The position numbers and the translations under genes are program-made. The notes beneath the pieces were generated by a model. It was given only the letters and a program-made list of their open reading frames with translations, was not told the origin of the DNA and did not search any database. This document shows, one piece after another, positions 38,020-50,070 of a stretch of DNA of 64,000 nucleotides. Source of the DNA: Chiloscyllium plagiosum (lineage: Eukaryota); contig NC_057720.1 in assembly GCF_004010195.1 (NCBI RefSeq), positions 19,668,401 through 19,732,400 on the forward strand, in the 5' to 3' direction. Each line of letters begins with the position of its first letter. Position 1 is the stretch's first letter.

Positions 38020-38835
38020 CAGGCAGGAGGCTGGAAGAACATGGCAGGTCAGGCAGCATCAGGAGGTGGAGAAGTCGACGTTTCGGGTTAACCCTTCTTC
38101 AGGACTGTGAGGGGCTGCAGATAAAGAGGAGGTGGGGGTCGGGTGGGGAAGTGGGGATAGGTGAAGAGGGTACGACCTGGTTGGTCAATGTGAGGAATGA
38201 ATCCGGTTGATGGCTGGGAGGAGTGGAAGGGAGGGGGAGGGGCTGGGAAGGGAGTTGGAGAAAGAGAAAGGAGGTGATTTGAAATTGGAGAACTCAATGT
38301 TGAGTCCTACGGGCTGTAGACTGCCCAGGTGGAAGATGAGGGGTTGTCCTTCCAATTTGTGTTTTGGTTCGTTGTGGCAATGGAGGAGGCTAAGGATCGT
38401 CATGTCGGAGAGGGAATAGGAAGGGAAATTAAATGGGTGGTGACTAGAAGGTTCAGATGGCCCCTGCACACCCTGCTGAGATGTTCAGCAAAATGTTCCC
38501 TAAGTTTACATTTGGTCTCCCCGATGTAGAGAAGACCACATCGGGAGCACCTGATGCAGTAAACTAGGTTGGAGGAGAGGCAGGTGAACCTCTGTCTCAC
38601 CTGGAAGGACTGTTTGGGGCCCTGGATGGAAGTGAGGGTGGGACTAGTGTGCCAGTTGCAGGGGAGAGTACCTGAGGGTTCGGGGGATTGGTGGAGAGAG
38701 TGGCATAAACCAAGGACTGTCAAACGCAACGTTCCTTGCGGAAGGGAGAGAGGGGTGGGGAGGGGAAGATGTTCTTGGTGGTGAGGTCTAGTTGGAATTG
38801 GCAGAAACGTTTAGGGATGATGCATTGGATGCAGG
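38020..38835 (-). mobile_element. Penelope-like element, GIY-YIG endonuclease region plus terminal hammerhead
   Basis: ORF 38400..38729: FTCLSSNLVYCIRCSRCGLLYIGETKCKLREHFAEH. Confidence 0.9.
38073..38106 (-). ncRNA. Minimal type I hammerhead ribozyme motif
   Basis: AGTC-CTGAAGA-A-GGGT TA ACCC-GAAAC-GTC-GACT. Stem I is AGTC/GACT, stem II is intact, and the palindrome ACGT stands in place of stem III. Confidence 0.75.
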
Positions 38836-39642
38836 TGTCTGCCAGATGCAATCTATTCGATTAGCTAGGATGTTAAAAGCCAGTACTGACGAACTGTTAT
38901 ATTAGACTCTTAACATTAACTCTGTTTCTGTCTTCACAAATATGTCAGACTTGCTGAGTTTCTCCAAGCCTTTCTGTTTTTATTGCCAAATTGATTTGCA
39001 AGTGGTCAGAACATCAATAGTTATACAAAGGCTGGGGAAAAAAGTGAGAGTGGCATTCCATTGGATTATTCTGGACAATTAATCCATCAAAAGCCCTGAG
39101 TGACTGACAGTTTTATATCCAGAGATGTGTTGATTTGTAGACTAGATATATCAACCTTTCCTGTCATTTTTAGTTCAGTCTAAAGTGGAACATTTGTATC
39201 CATCCATCAGTGAGAGTGCAGCTGCGCCATTGGCTGATGATCATATTCAAGAAATCAAAAGGGTATTTACATCTCAGTTACCAGACAGACCATAATACTG
39301 TGCAGCAAATACATTATAAAGAAGATATTTGAATCCCTGTGGATCCATCGTTACTTATAATCAATGGTGCTGTTTGTGTCTTGTTGTAGTTTTGAGCTCT
39401 TGTGTAGTTAATTTTACATATAATGAATAGCACAAGTAGTTTTAGCCTGAATGCAAAGTCCTAACAGTATTTAACAGCTTTAGAAGTGGACAACACCTTT
39501 GAAAATGAAAAATAAATTCAAATTCTGGACTAGAGTATGAAGCTGTCACTCTCGATATGGTTAGCATGCTGCTGTAGCATCTTAAAGTGTATATTTTGGG
39601 GGCTATGAACGATTAGTAACTATATCATGGTGATTTATGTAG

Positions 39643-39700
39643 GTATGTGAAATTGGAAATTTCTCAATCCATCTAGCCCTGAGGAACCTGCGCTCTGAGG
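39643..39700 (+). CDS. TECR: TECR-family exon 9 (58 nt)
   Basis: gtag|VCEIGNFSIHLALRNLRSE|gtaagc. Confidence 0.93.
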
Positions 39701-41089
39701 GTAAGCACCACTCTATTCTCCTGTTGATACTTTATTCCCAACAACGTGTTTTGTCAGTAGGTTAACTTAGAAAGCATCACTGTTTGAAGCTGACTTGAAT
39801 CTATTCCACCTCATCTTACAAGTAACTCCTCTTCATAATATTATCCTTCTGTTAGGAATTGGTTTGTAGATTCAATGCTGCAAGAATGGGAACAGAAAAA
39901 AAGTACAGAATGAATAGGATGAAATAATTCTAATGTGACAGTGACTTTTGATTCCTTTGAACCTTCCATTGTGTTTAACAGCACGTTAAATCACTGCAAT
40001 AAATACCAAGATCATGGTAATATTCACATAGTAACAGGCCATACATGGCAATGAGAAATGAGATAAATTATCAGTTTCTGGTGGTGGGTGAAAAACAGGA
40101 CGTTCAGCGATCTCCCTTGCTCTTTTCGGAATATGACTGCTGAAACCCCCAGATGTCTACCTGGTTTATCACCTCACCCAGAATGTCGCTCTGGGTAAAG
40201 GCCTGAATATGTGCTCAAGGCTCATGTGCTCAGAACCTAATTTTTAGACTTGCCTCCTAGTTCTAGAATCCCCAACCAGTGGAAATAATTTATCTTTATC
40301 CATCCCGTCTTTTCCTAACAATATCGAGAAGACATTGATCATATCATCCCTTAACCATCAAAATTCTGGAGAAAACAAATATAATTTGTATAATCTGTCC
40401 TCATATCTTTACTCCTAAAGTCCAGGTATTGTTCTTGTAAACTGACATTATACTCTTTCCAAGGGCCATATATCCTTCCTAAGGTGTGGTACCCAGATCT
40501 GCTCTCATTATTCCAACTGGTGTCTGAGCAGGATTTTGTATAACTGCAGAATAACTTTTACATCCTTCGACTCCATCCCTTGATTGAGCCTGATGTCAGA
40601 TTTTCTGGTCCTGTACTTCTTTTTATCCTGCTCTTTACAGTATAAACAACAGGGAGACCATATAAACCAATTTCTACTGTGTGCCTTTCTAAGAAAGTTA
40701 TTCATGAGTATTTTCCACTTTGTAACTTTGTAAGACTCAACTGGCAAAACTAGAACAATTTCGTAAATAAAGCCTTATCTCTGATAGCTGCTGTTAACTT
40801 GTCCTGTTGCCCTCCTTTTGCATCTGTTAGCTCTTTTTCCTGTTCTTGGATGTTTTTACCCTGTTGGAACACACCTCTAGAGCAAGTAAATCTTGAGCCT
40901 AGGTCTTTCTGCATTAGAGGTTGCACCAAAAGTGGTCCCTGTTCTGTTTAGTTTCAGATGAACTCTCTCCTCTTTGCTATAAATCTCATCACAGGGCACT
41001 AGTCAGCTTATCATCTTCAATCGACATCATGCAGGAAACTTGCTCGAGGTCTCAGGAAGAAGGCAATATTTTTTCCACTCGGGGAAAGA

Positions 41090-41385
41090 AGGCATTGCTG
41101 GCATTTCAGAGGGCTGTTAAGAGTTAAGCACACTGCTGTGGGTCTGAGGTCACATGTAGGCCGGACCAGGTAAGGATGACAGTTTCCTTCCCTGAAGGGC
41201 ATTAGTGAACCAGATAGGTTTTACTCCTTAACAATTAGCAATGGATTCATGGTCATCATTAGACTCTCAATTATAAATTATTACTGAATTCAAATTCCAC
41301 CATCTGCCATGGTGGGATTTGAACCCCGGTTCCCAGAACCCTGGGTTGCTGGACCAACAGTCCAGTGATAAGACCACTAGAAGAT
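41090..41385 (-). mobile_element. Deu-domain SINE
   Basis: Reverse complement of the core seen at 18380-18500, with GGGGTTCAAATCCC B box. Confidence 0.7.
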
Positions 41386-41455
41386 CATCTCCTCTCAATC
41401 CCTTATGTTATCGTTTATTTATAATGAACCAATGCCTATTGTTTCTCCTCCACAG

Positions 41456-41544
41456 GATCCAAGATGCGTAAGATTCCTTACCCAACAAAGAATCCTTTCA
41501 CTTGGCTCTTTTTCTTTGTGTCCTGCCCCAATTACACCTATGAG
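41456..41544 (+). CDS. TECR: TECR-family exon 10 (89 nt)
   Basis: acag|[30 protein letters not shown]|gtatgt. Confidence 0.95.
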
Positions 41545-41929
41545 GTATGTTCGCAGTTGGGAGCACTCACCCACTTATCACTAAGGTAGAAGCTGTGCTA
41601 AATCAACAGGCATCTCTGGGGTGGAGGCCTCTCACACCAGTGGTTTGATTCAACACATACAATGGTGAAGAAATTCCATTGACAGGCTGACTTTAGGTAT
41701 AGACCTAGGCAGGCAGAGAGGATCTGTCTGATGAACTGTCATAATGTGACCTGTCCAGGGAGTTGTATAATCCACTCACCCCACCAGTCTACCTGTCACG
41801 TTGGGAAACGGGAGAATTCCAGTCCGCCACCTCTCTCCCCATTTTTCATTTTGGTTATGAGAGTCAGCTGAATGAACCTAATTGTCTGCCTGTCTTGTTG
41901 CATCTTCTGTAATGTGGCCTGTGCTGGGA

Positions 41930-42580
41930 TAGAGTCATAGAAATGTACAGTACAGAAACAGACCCTTCAGTCCTACTCATCCATGCTGACCAGATATTCT
42001 GCATTAATCTAGTTCCATTTGCCAGCATTTGGTCGATGTCCCTCTAAATCATTTATACTAATATACCCATCCAGATGCCTTTTAAATATTGTAATTGAAC
42101 CAGCCTCCACCACTTCCTCTGACAGCTCATTCCATACGCATACCACCCTCTGCATAAAAAGTTGTCCCTTAGGTCTCTTTTATATCATTCCCCTCTCAGC
42201 CTAAACTTATGCTGTCCAGTTCTGGACTCCCCCCATCCCAGGGAAAAGACTTTGTCTATTTATCCTCTCCATGCCCCTCATGATTTTATAAACCTCTATA
42301 AGGTCACCAACACATGCCCCTCATGGTTTTATAAACCTCTATATGGTCACCTCTCATCCTCCGACACTCCAGGGAAAGTAGCCCCAGCCTATTCAGCGTC
42401 TCCCTATAGCCCAAATCCTCCAAGCCTGGCAACATCCTTGCAAATGTGTTCTGAACCCTTTTAAGTTTCACAACATCTTTCCTATAGCAGGGAGGCCAGA
42501 ATTGGATACAGTTTTCCAAAAGTGGCCTAACTAATGTCCTGTACAGCCACTGCATGACCTCCCAACTGCTATGCTCAATA
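41930..42580 (-). mobile_element. CR1-type LINE 3' fragment
   Basis: LYRTLVRPLLENCIQFW...LGLLSLE. Confidence 0.85.
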
Positions 42581-42837
42581 CAGTTGCTCAAATCGTACTG
42601 TCTCTTTCTGTTTCTGGTTGTGACTTGATTAAAGAATCCTGCTGTCAAACCTGGTTTATAGCATTTCTATAATACCCATGTAACTGACTAAGATTGAGTG
42701 TGTTGAACAGGGGTGCAACTTTGTATTTGGAAAAGTGCATTTTGAACTGTGCACCCACTCTATTAAAAACAAGGACCCAAACTAGTCGATAGTCTTGAGT
42801 CAAGCCATCTCATCTCACTTTGCTTGTTCATCTGTAG

Positions 42838-42883
42838 GTAGGATCCTGGATTGGTTTTACTATAATGACACAGTGTCTTCCAG
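42838..42883 (+). CDS. TECR: TECR-family exon 11 (46 nt)
   Basis: gtag|VGSWIGFTIMTQCLP|gtaaga. Confidence 0.95.
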
Positions 42884-43001
42884 GTAAGAAAAAATGTTGC
42901 AGTTATTTAAATCTCCTACTCGATGCAAGTACAGATAAACAGGTTTCTAAATGCACGTATCCAATTGTCCTTTAACCTTTTTTCTTCACTTTGCTTTTCA
43001 G

Positions 43002-43129
43002 TCGGTCTCTTTACCCTGATTGGTTTCTTCCAAATGACTGTTTGGGCGAAAGGCAAACACCATATGTACCTGAAGGAGTTTAAAGACTACCCCACCCTCC
43101 GCATGCCAATTATTCCTTTTTTGTTGTAA
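43002..43129 (+). CDS. TECR: TECR-family last coding exon (128 nt)
   Basis: ttcag|VGLFTLIGFFQMTVWAKGKHHMYLKEFKDYPTLRMPIIPFLL*. All 12 exons join in frame: 1056 nt, 351 aa. Confidence 0.95.
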
Positions 43130-43623
43130 TGTAGAGCAGATCTGAGGCTACCCGGCACCAAAAGGGACAAAGCTGCCTTGGGAGAAATCCTCATTGTTAT
43201 CTATGTACTGTCAAATACACCAGGGTCTTCAGTGCATGTCAACCTTCAGCATGGAACTGCCAACCTGAAATGCTCATGTCCACGTTACTGACTCATCACT
43301 GCCTGTGGCCCAACTCATTGGAGGTTGATTATTTTATTATTCCTCATGGTTTACGTTAGAAACTATATTGATCCTTCCTCAATATCTTACATTAACTTTG
43401 CCTTACTAGAATACTCAAAAGTTCAATCACTTCTCAAACTTTTATTGATAGTGTACTGTCTGCTAAGCATGCTTGCTGTTGACTAAGTATACTGGGAAGA
43501 ATCCACGGTTTTCAAGGCTTTGTTTTGACACCAAAGGGCAGCCTGTGTGTGTTACTTTGCAAATCATTTGCTAATACTGTCTGTTGCCAAATACAAATTT
43601 ATAGCTGAAATGCTTTATTTTCA

Positions 43624-43832
43624 AATAAAAATGTACTAAATAAAGGGTGAAATAAGTGATGTTCTAGAGTTCCTCTTGAGTGATGGCCCATGTGACAGAC
43701 AGAGTTTACATGTTCCTGTACTGCCAGTATGATCCATATGTTTTGTGATGAAACAGGTGTGCCTTTTCTTACCCTTGATATGTATAGCCCAATTAAAGTT
43801 CAGCAGCAAGCTTTTGTGAGTTTATGAATAAA
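43624..43832 (+). terminator. Candidate polyadenylation signals of the TECR-family gene
   Basis: AATAAA at 43624-43629, near 43639 and at 43827-43832, downstream of the stop codon. Confidence 0.5.
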
Positions 43833-43980
43833 GTTATTTATTTTCACATGTACGACTAAACTAAACATGGCATCTCCTCCATACACACTTGACATGTATA
43901 CTCATGCATACAAAAACTAGCTACAGGCAAAGGTAGTTTGCTCTAATAAATTTTTTTTTAGCTGATGATCTTTGTTTTCC

Positions 43981-44280
43981 AGTGGTAGCACTGCTGCCTC
44001 ACAGCCCCTGAGACCCGGGTTCAATGCCCGCCTCAGGCGACTGACTGTGTGGAGTTTGCACGTTCTCCCCGTGTCTGCGTGGGTTTCCTCCGGGTGCTCT
44101 GGTTTCCTCCCACAGTGCAAAGATGTGCAGGTCAGGTGAATTGACCATGCTAAATTGCCCGTAGTGTTAGGTAAGGGGAAATGTAGGGGCATGGGTGGGT
44201 TGCGCTTCGGCGGGTCGGTGTGGACTTGTTGGGCCGAAGGGCCTGTTTCCACGCTGTAATATAATCTAATAATCTAATCA
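43981..44280 (+). mobile_element. HE1-type SINE
   Basis: Near-identical to 11610-11944, with TAATC tail. Confidence 0.9.
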
Positions 44281-45017
44281 TATGGCAGTTTCCTCCGATG
44301 GTTTCAACGCTTTAAAGTTGAGCTACGTCTTGTAAAGTAAAGGATTTTCAACAGACTGTAAGATTCCCTTTAGCTGTAATTTCTAGAAGATTTCTATCTG
44401 ATGATGATGATATCTCTTTGGATAGGTTTCAGGAAAGGGTATTGATTTACATCAATCTGGAATGTTACTTTTGTTTTTCCATGAGACAGAGGAGTGCTGC
44501 CAATCCACAAAAGAAGTCGGCTGACTTTGGGAGTTGATCTTTTCCAGTATTTTGTGTCCCGTATTTAAATGTATCAGTAATAACTGAAAGTCCATCAGAT
44601 TTTGGTGCCTCGTACCTGATAATGAATTAGGAGAAAGTGAGGATTGTAGATGCTGGAGGTCAGAGTCGAGTGTAGTGGTGGAAAAGTGCTATGTAATGCT
44701 ATTTATGAGAGTGTTTGGGGCAGAATGTCAGGTGGATATATCCACATTGTGAACAATTTATAATGAAGACTGTTGGGTGTATATAGTACTCATAGCAATA
44801 TATAGAGACTTTACAGAATAAATGCTGAGAGAATGTTACCCCTCATGGGAGACCAGAGGGCATACTTTCACAATTAGAGGGCACTCCTGAAAACATGCTG
44901 GTAAATCTTTTCTGAACCCTCTCCAATTTAATAATATCCTTTCAGGAATGGTCAGTCAGCAATTTTAGAATCACTTGTTCAGGCCTTTGGTTGTTAGTAC
45001 TTATAAAGTAAAAGCAT

Positions 45018-45325
45018 AGGGCAGAATGGTGGCTCAGTGGCTCACAGCGCCAGGGACCTGGGTTTGATTCCAGTCTCGGGTGATTGTGTGGAGTTTGCAC
45101 AATTTCCCCATGTCTGTATGGGTTTGCTCTGGTTTCCTTCCACAGTCAAAAGATTTGCAGGTTGGGTGAATTGGTTGTGCTAAATTGACCATAGTGTTCA
45201 GGGATGTGTGAGTTAGGTGCCTTAGACAGGGTAAATGTAGGGGAATGGGACTGGGTGGGTTACTCTTTGGAGGGTTGGTGTGGACTTTTTGGGCTGACGG
45301 GCCTGTTTCCACGCTGTAGGGATTC
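45018..45325 (+). mobile_element. Older HE1-type SINE
   Basis: GGTGGCTCAGTGG...GGTTTGATTCC head, the same core, and a GGGCCTGTTTCCACGCTGT end. Confidence 0.8.
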
Positions 45326-45813
45326 AATTCATCCAACATGCAGGTGTAAACTATTTGTTGAAATAATTCTATTTACCTTCACGTAATGGCTAATGTAAGG
45401 ATTAGATCTGCTGGTATTTTCCCATCCATTTCCCTGCCAGTGCTGGAAGTAGTGTTGTATCCATTGAAAGGAGTAGTTCAGCCACAATGTGGTTTTATAT
45501 CATACAGCCCTGTCAATAGAAAGCTGCACTCTGCACATTTGGAGAGCATTTCCTGATGTGTTTATGAATTGAATGCATAAGAAATTTTTCATTGGGGTTT
45601 GAACATGCTAATAGTCAAGCCATATTTGTCATCATAATAAATGGTCAGTTTTGGCGATTGTGTTGAAATTTCTGATCACTTCAACATTTCCTGTCTGGGC
45701 ACGATAAAACAAAAGCTCCAACTTTGCAATTTCAGACATTCAGGTATGTAATAACTCTGACAATTTATTGTTTAATGTTCTTTTTTCTTTTGCCAAAGGC
45801 ATATCATTAACAG

Positions 45814-46037
45814 GGAGAAAGTGAGGACTGCAGATGCTGGAGATCAGAGTCAAAAGTGTGGTGCTGGAAAAGCATAGCCAGTCAGGCAGCATCCGAGGAG
45901 CAGGAGAGTCAATGTTTGAACATAAGCCCTTCATCAGGAATGTGGCCTGATGAAGAGCTTATGCTCAAAACGTCATCTCTCCTGCTCTTCGGATGCTGCC
46001 TGACCTGCTGTGCTTTTCCAGCACCACACTTTTTGAC
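45814..46037. mobile_element. Palindromic dimer of Penelope-like termini
   Basis: Two inverted copies meet at CATCAGGAATGTGGCCTGATG. Perfect 15-bp TSD GCATATCATTAACAG at 45799-45813 and 46038-46052. Confidence 0.85.
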
Positions 46038-47267
46038 GCATATCATTAACAGTTATCTACTCAGTGGTTGAGTGTGTAGCAGAGTGCATGCAGTCTGAGC
46101 AACATTCCTGCAAATTTCCAAGTTTTTATTGTTTCGTGTATCCTGACAACTTTTTCAGAGTGAAAAATGTTGTATTGAGAACTGAAAATTCAAGAAGTAA
46201 AAATATGGGTGTGTTCCTGTAGGAGAGAGAAAGGAGGGTTTGAAACAGGAGCAGAGTTCTTTGGTTTATGAACTGTAGCTGACAGTGTCGGGTGACTATA
46301 TTCACTGTCACCGGAGTTAAAACTTCAATTATTTTGTTGTTTTAAATCTATAATATTTTTGCCCCATTTTAAGTATCATTCAACATCTAAAATGCATTTT
46401 AAATTACCTTCTAACAGATGATGAGGCTTATGCTGGTGCTGATTTATCTCAGGCCACTGTTAGGCAGAATCTTAGAATAATGTGAAGTTCAGAGCACAGG
46501 TTATCCACTATGTACAGGAGACACTGTGTTTGCTTTTACTTTGCTCATGGGATCACACAATGCAGGAGCGAACTTTACACAACTGTTGAGAACTCATATC
46601 AAAATGGAACTCTGGGGGAAGATTTCAACTGTCTTAGCTAGAGTAACGTTGTTAACTTCTTATTTATAAAAAGGATTTAATAAGGAGCCCACTGCAGAAA
46701 TCTTCCCCCTTGTTTCTTTATTTAAGTCTAGAAAATGTTGCACTGTCATTACAGATTTCCAAATGCATTTCATATTAAATTCATACAGCAATCCACATTT
46801 GAAGATGTTGTATAACAATGAATGTAGGAAACAGGGATTTAGTACATAAAGGTTTAATTTCTATACGTGTATGTGTATATAAATATACATGTGTGCATGC
46901 TGCAGGTTAGGGGGAATGTACAACATTAATATGAATTCCTCAGCAGGCTTTCTAAGTTATGACTGAGAGAGATGGTCTCAGCCATGCTCAATTTATAGCT
47001 ATCTCACTCGGTGACAACGGATTTTCCTTTAGAGTTAGACATATGCATGACCTCAGATATGATTAGGGCTGGTTCTTAATCTGCATGTCTTTAAAGTTGG
47101 TGTTGCAGTTTGCTGTAATTATAGTGGCATTACTACATATTGACTTGTCAGACATGGTGGGGGTCAGTGTTATTGTAACCACCCTGAGGAGAAATGTCAC
47201 AGTCAGAAGATTTGTGATTTAGTCCATGTAGTACAGTCTGCTTATTGCTGTTTTTGTTGGCACTTCC

Positions 47268-47441
47268 TCAGGATTTCTTCTCGTTATTTAACTCAGTCTT
47301 GGAAGTGCTGGTAGTATTCGGTTGACTGGGTTCCACTTTAGCTGGGGATACCTTTACTTCCCTCCTGGCCCCAGCAGCACGTGGATGGAGAGCAAGATTG
47401 TCATCCTCAGCTGTCTGTTGTTTGGCAAAGTTCACAAATAC
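47268..47441 (-). CDS. ABCA4: ABCA4 terminal coding exon (human exon 49 equivalent, extended)
   Basis: gcag|VFVNFAKQQTAEDDNLALHPRAAGARREVKVSP...EKKS*. The VFVNFA motif and LHPRAAGA are ABCA4-like. Confidence 0.9.
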   Translation of the reverse strand, partial: VFVNFAKQQTAEDDNLALHPRAAGARREVKVSPAKVEPSQPNTTSTSKTELNNEKKS

Positions 47442-48450
47442 CTGCACAAAGACAAACTGAGCATTAACTCTGGTAACAACATCAAGCCAATTGCATATAA
47501 ACATTTGAGTCTAAGGTATAACTCAATTGGTTAACCTTTATTTGAAAAATCAACCTTTTTATTAACATAGAGTATCTTTAATGCACAAAAAAGTGACCCG
47601 CATGGAGCACGAGGGAAAATGTAGATAAGAGATGAAAGTAGGAATTTGGGGTGGCGAGAGGCTATAGTTTGTGGTAAAGGGGCTGATGGTGTCAGATTTG
47701 GCCATCCTAATGTTGACTGGCAGAAATTAGGGATTATTCAGGGCTGGATATCAGGTGAATAATCTTAAGAGATTAGAGGAAGCAAAGAGATGGAGAAATA
47801 TAATGGAGGGAGACAGTTGGATGTCACTGTAGTGTTATGCCTGTGGATAGTGACAGCAAGCAGCAGCTTTGGAACACAGGAAAAGAGAAGTCAAGGATGG
47901 ATCTTTAGGGAACTCTGAAATACAAAACCATATTGCACTTATATAGTGCCTTTGACAACCAATGATGTCTCATTGAGCTTCTCAGCCAGTGAAATAGATT
48001 TGACGGGCAGCCATTGCTGTAATTTCAGAAACATGGCAATCAGGTTCAACATGGCCAACTTCCACACGCAGCAATTTGATAAAGATCAAATAATGTGTCT
48101 TTTGTGACCGATTGAGGGGTAAATATTGTCCAGTCAGAATGTGTTGTGTACTCAATGAGTATTGAGAATATTGACTAATCTGCACAAATAATTAGGCATT
48201 AATTTATTCTCTAATTAGTGAAGTAGAAAGCTGTTGGCTATGGGAACAATTTGCTTGAGCTACTGTGTTATGGTAAGATTGGCATCCCCTGTAGATATCT
48301 GAAATGTGAGAGAATGAAAAGTCAAACTAAAGAAACTAATAAAGGACTGCAGCTAAACAGCAGACACAAGGGTCCATTAGCACCACTTCCAGTATGTTTC
48401 ATAGGGCAAACAAATGTCAGGTTCAAGAGCTGAGAGTATCATAAATCAAT

Positions 48451-49452
48451 GATGGAAATGTGTTGCTGGAAAAGCGCAGCAGGTCAGGCAGCATCTAGGG
48501 AACAGGAGAATCGACGTTTCGGGCATTAGCCCTTCTTCAGGAATGAGGAAAGTTGGTCCAGCAGGCTAAGATAAAAGATAGGGAGGAGGGACTTGGGGGA
48601 GGGGCGTCGGAAATGTGATAGGTGGAAAGAGGTCAAGGTGAGGGTGATAGGACAGGCGGGGGCGGGGGCGGAGAGGTCGGGATGAAGATTGCAGGTTAGG
48701 AAATGGACCCACCACCAAGGAACTAACCTCCATGTACAGCGCATCATCCGCCTCCATTTCCGCCACCTCCAAACGGACCCCACCACCAAGGATATATTTC
48801 CCTCCCCTCCCCTACCAGCACCCCGTAAAGACCACTCCCTCCGTGACTCCCTCGTCAGACCCACACCCCCCACCAACCCAACCTCCACTCCCGGCACCCT
48901 CCCCTGCAACCGCAGGAGGTGCAAGACTCGCGCCCACCCCTCCCCCCTCACCTCCCTCCAAGGCCCCAAAGCACACTTCCATATCCGCCACAGATTCACC
49001 TGCACCTCCACACACATCATCTATTCCATCCTCTGCACNNNNNNNNNNNNNNNNNNNNNNNNNNNNNNNNNNNNNNNNNNNNNNNNNNNNNNNNNNNNNN
49101 NNNNNNNNNNNNNNNNNNNNNNNNNNNNNNNNNNNNNNNNNNNNNNNNNNNNNNNNNNNNNNNNNNNNNNNNNNNNNNNNNNNNNNNNNNGCGGTCCTTG
49201 AAGAAGGGGGCCATCTGTGTTGTACGTATTTTGAACTGGTCCTCCTGGGAGCAGATGCGGCGGAGACGAAGGAATTGGGAGAATGGGATGGCGTTTTTAC
49301 AGGGGGCAGGATGGGAGGAGGTGTAGTCCAGGTAGCTGTGGGAGTCGGTTGGTTTGTAGTAGATGTTTTGAAACGCTCCGCAAGTAGGCGGCCCGTCTCC
49401 CCAATATATTTGAAACGCTCCGCAAGTAGGCGGCCCGTCTCCCCAATATAAA
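48451..49452. mobile_element. Rearranged Penelope-like insertion
   Basis: Encodes GTLPCNRRRCKT...FTCTSTHIIY and YIGETGRLLAERF. TSD TATCATAAATCAAT at 48437-48450 and 49453-49466. Confidence 0.85.
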
Positions 49453-49820
49453 TATCATAAATCAATACTAATGCAACAGTCCTGTTGTTGGGATACAGGA
49501 GTTGCTTTTAACTGTGGGCACGTAGGTTGCTAGTTGTTATGTTTGCTCTCTGTCAACTTAAACATGGCAAACTCCCTTTGCTCTTTTTCCTTGCTTTTCC
49601 AAAACAGGATGCAGTGTTTAATGGAAGCTGAACTGAAAGTTTGCTGGTATTTCCTCCTATAACAAGGAATTCTTGGATGTTAATAGTGAGTTGGAAGCTC
49701 TCCACTGGATCTCTTTAAAAGGAGGGTGGCTTAATCAGAAAAATCATGATGATGAAAGCTCAAAAGAGCAAAAAGACATTGAGTTTTGATGTGCAGCACT
49801 TGATGTATTCTTTCCATTAC

Positions 49821-50070
49821 CTGGTCTAAAGTTGTTTGTGAGACTGAGTATTCATCTATCTTCAGCTGCTCTTTGTTGGAGATGAGTAACTGGAAGATTT
49901 TGGATAATGATGATGAAGACAGCTGATACTGGATCATGTTGTGATGTCTCTCTATTTGCAAGCTGTCAGGGAAGTTGCTTTTGAAGAATTCTTCAGCTGG
50001 ATTCAGGTCAGGTGAAGCTCCTGGCTGAGTCCCTTTAATCTTCAAAGTCACTACATAGCCGTCACCAAAC
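49821..50070 (-). CDS. ABCA4: ABCA4 exon (human exon 48 equivalent, 250 nt)
   Basis: cag|[12 protein letters not shown]...[13 protein letters not shown]|gtaatg. Confidence 0.95.

Noticed and set aside
43827..43842. AATAAA on both strands as a shared bidirectional poly(A) site
   Set aside because: The context is AT-rich, and nearer minus-strand AATAAA sites exist for ABCA4 (46717, 46125, 45764).
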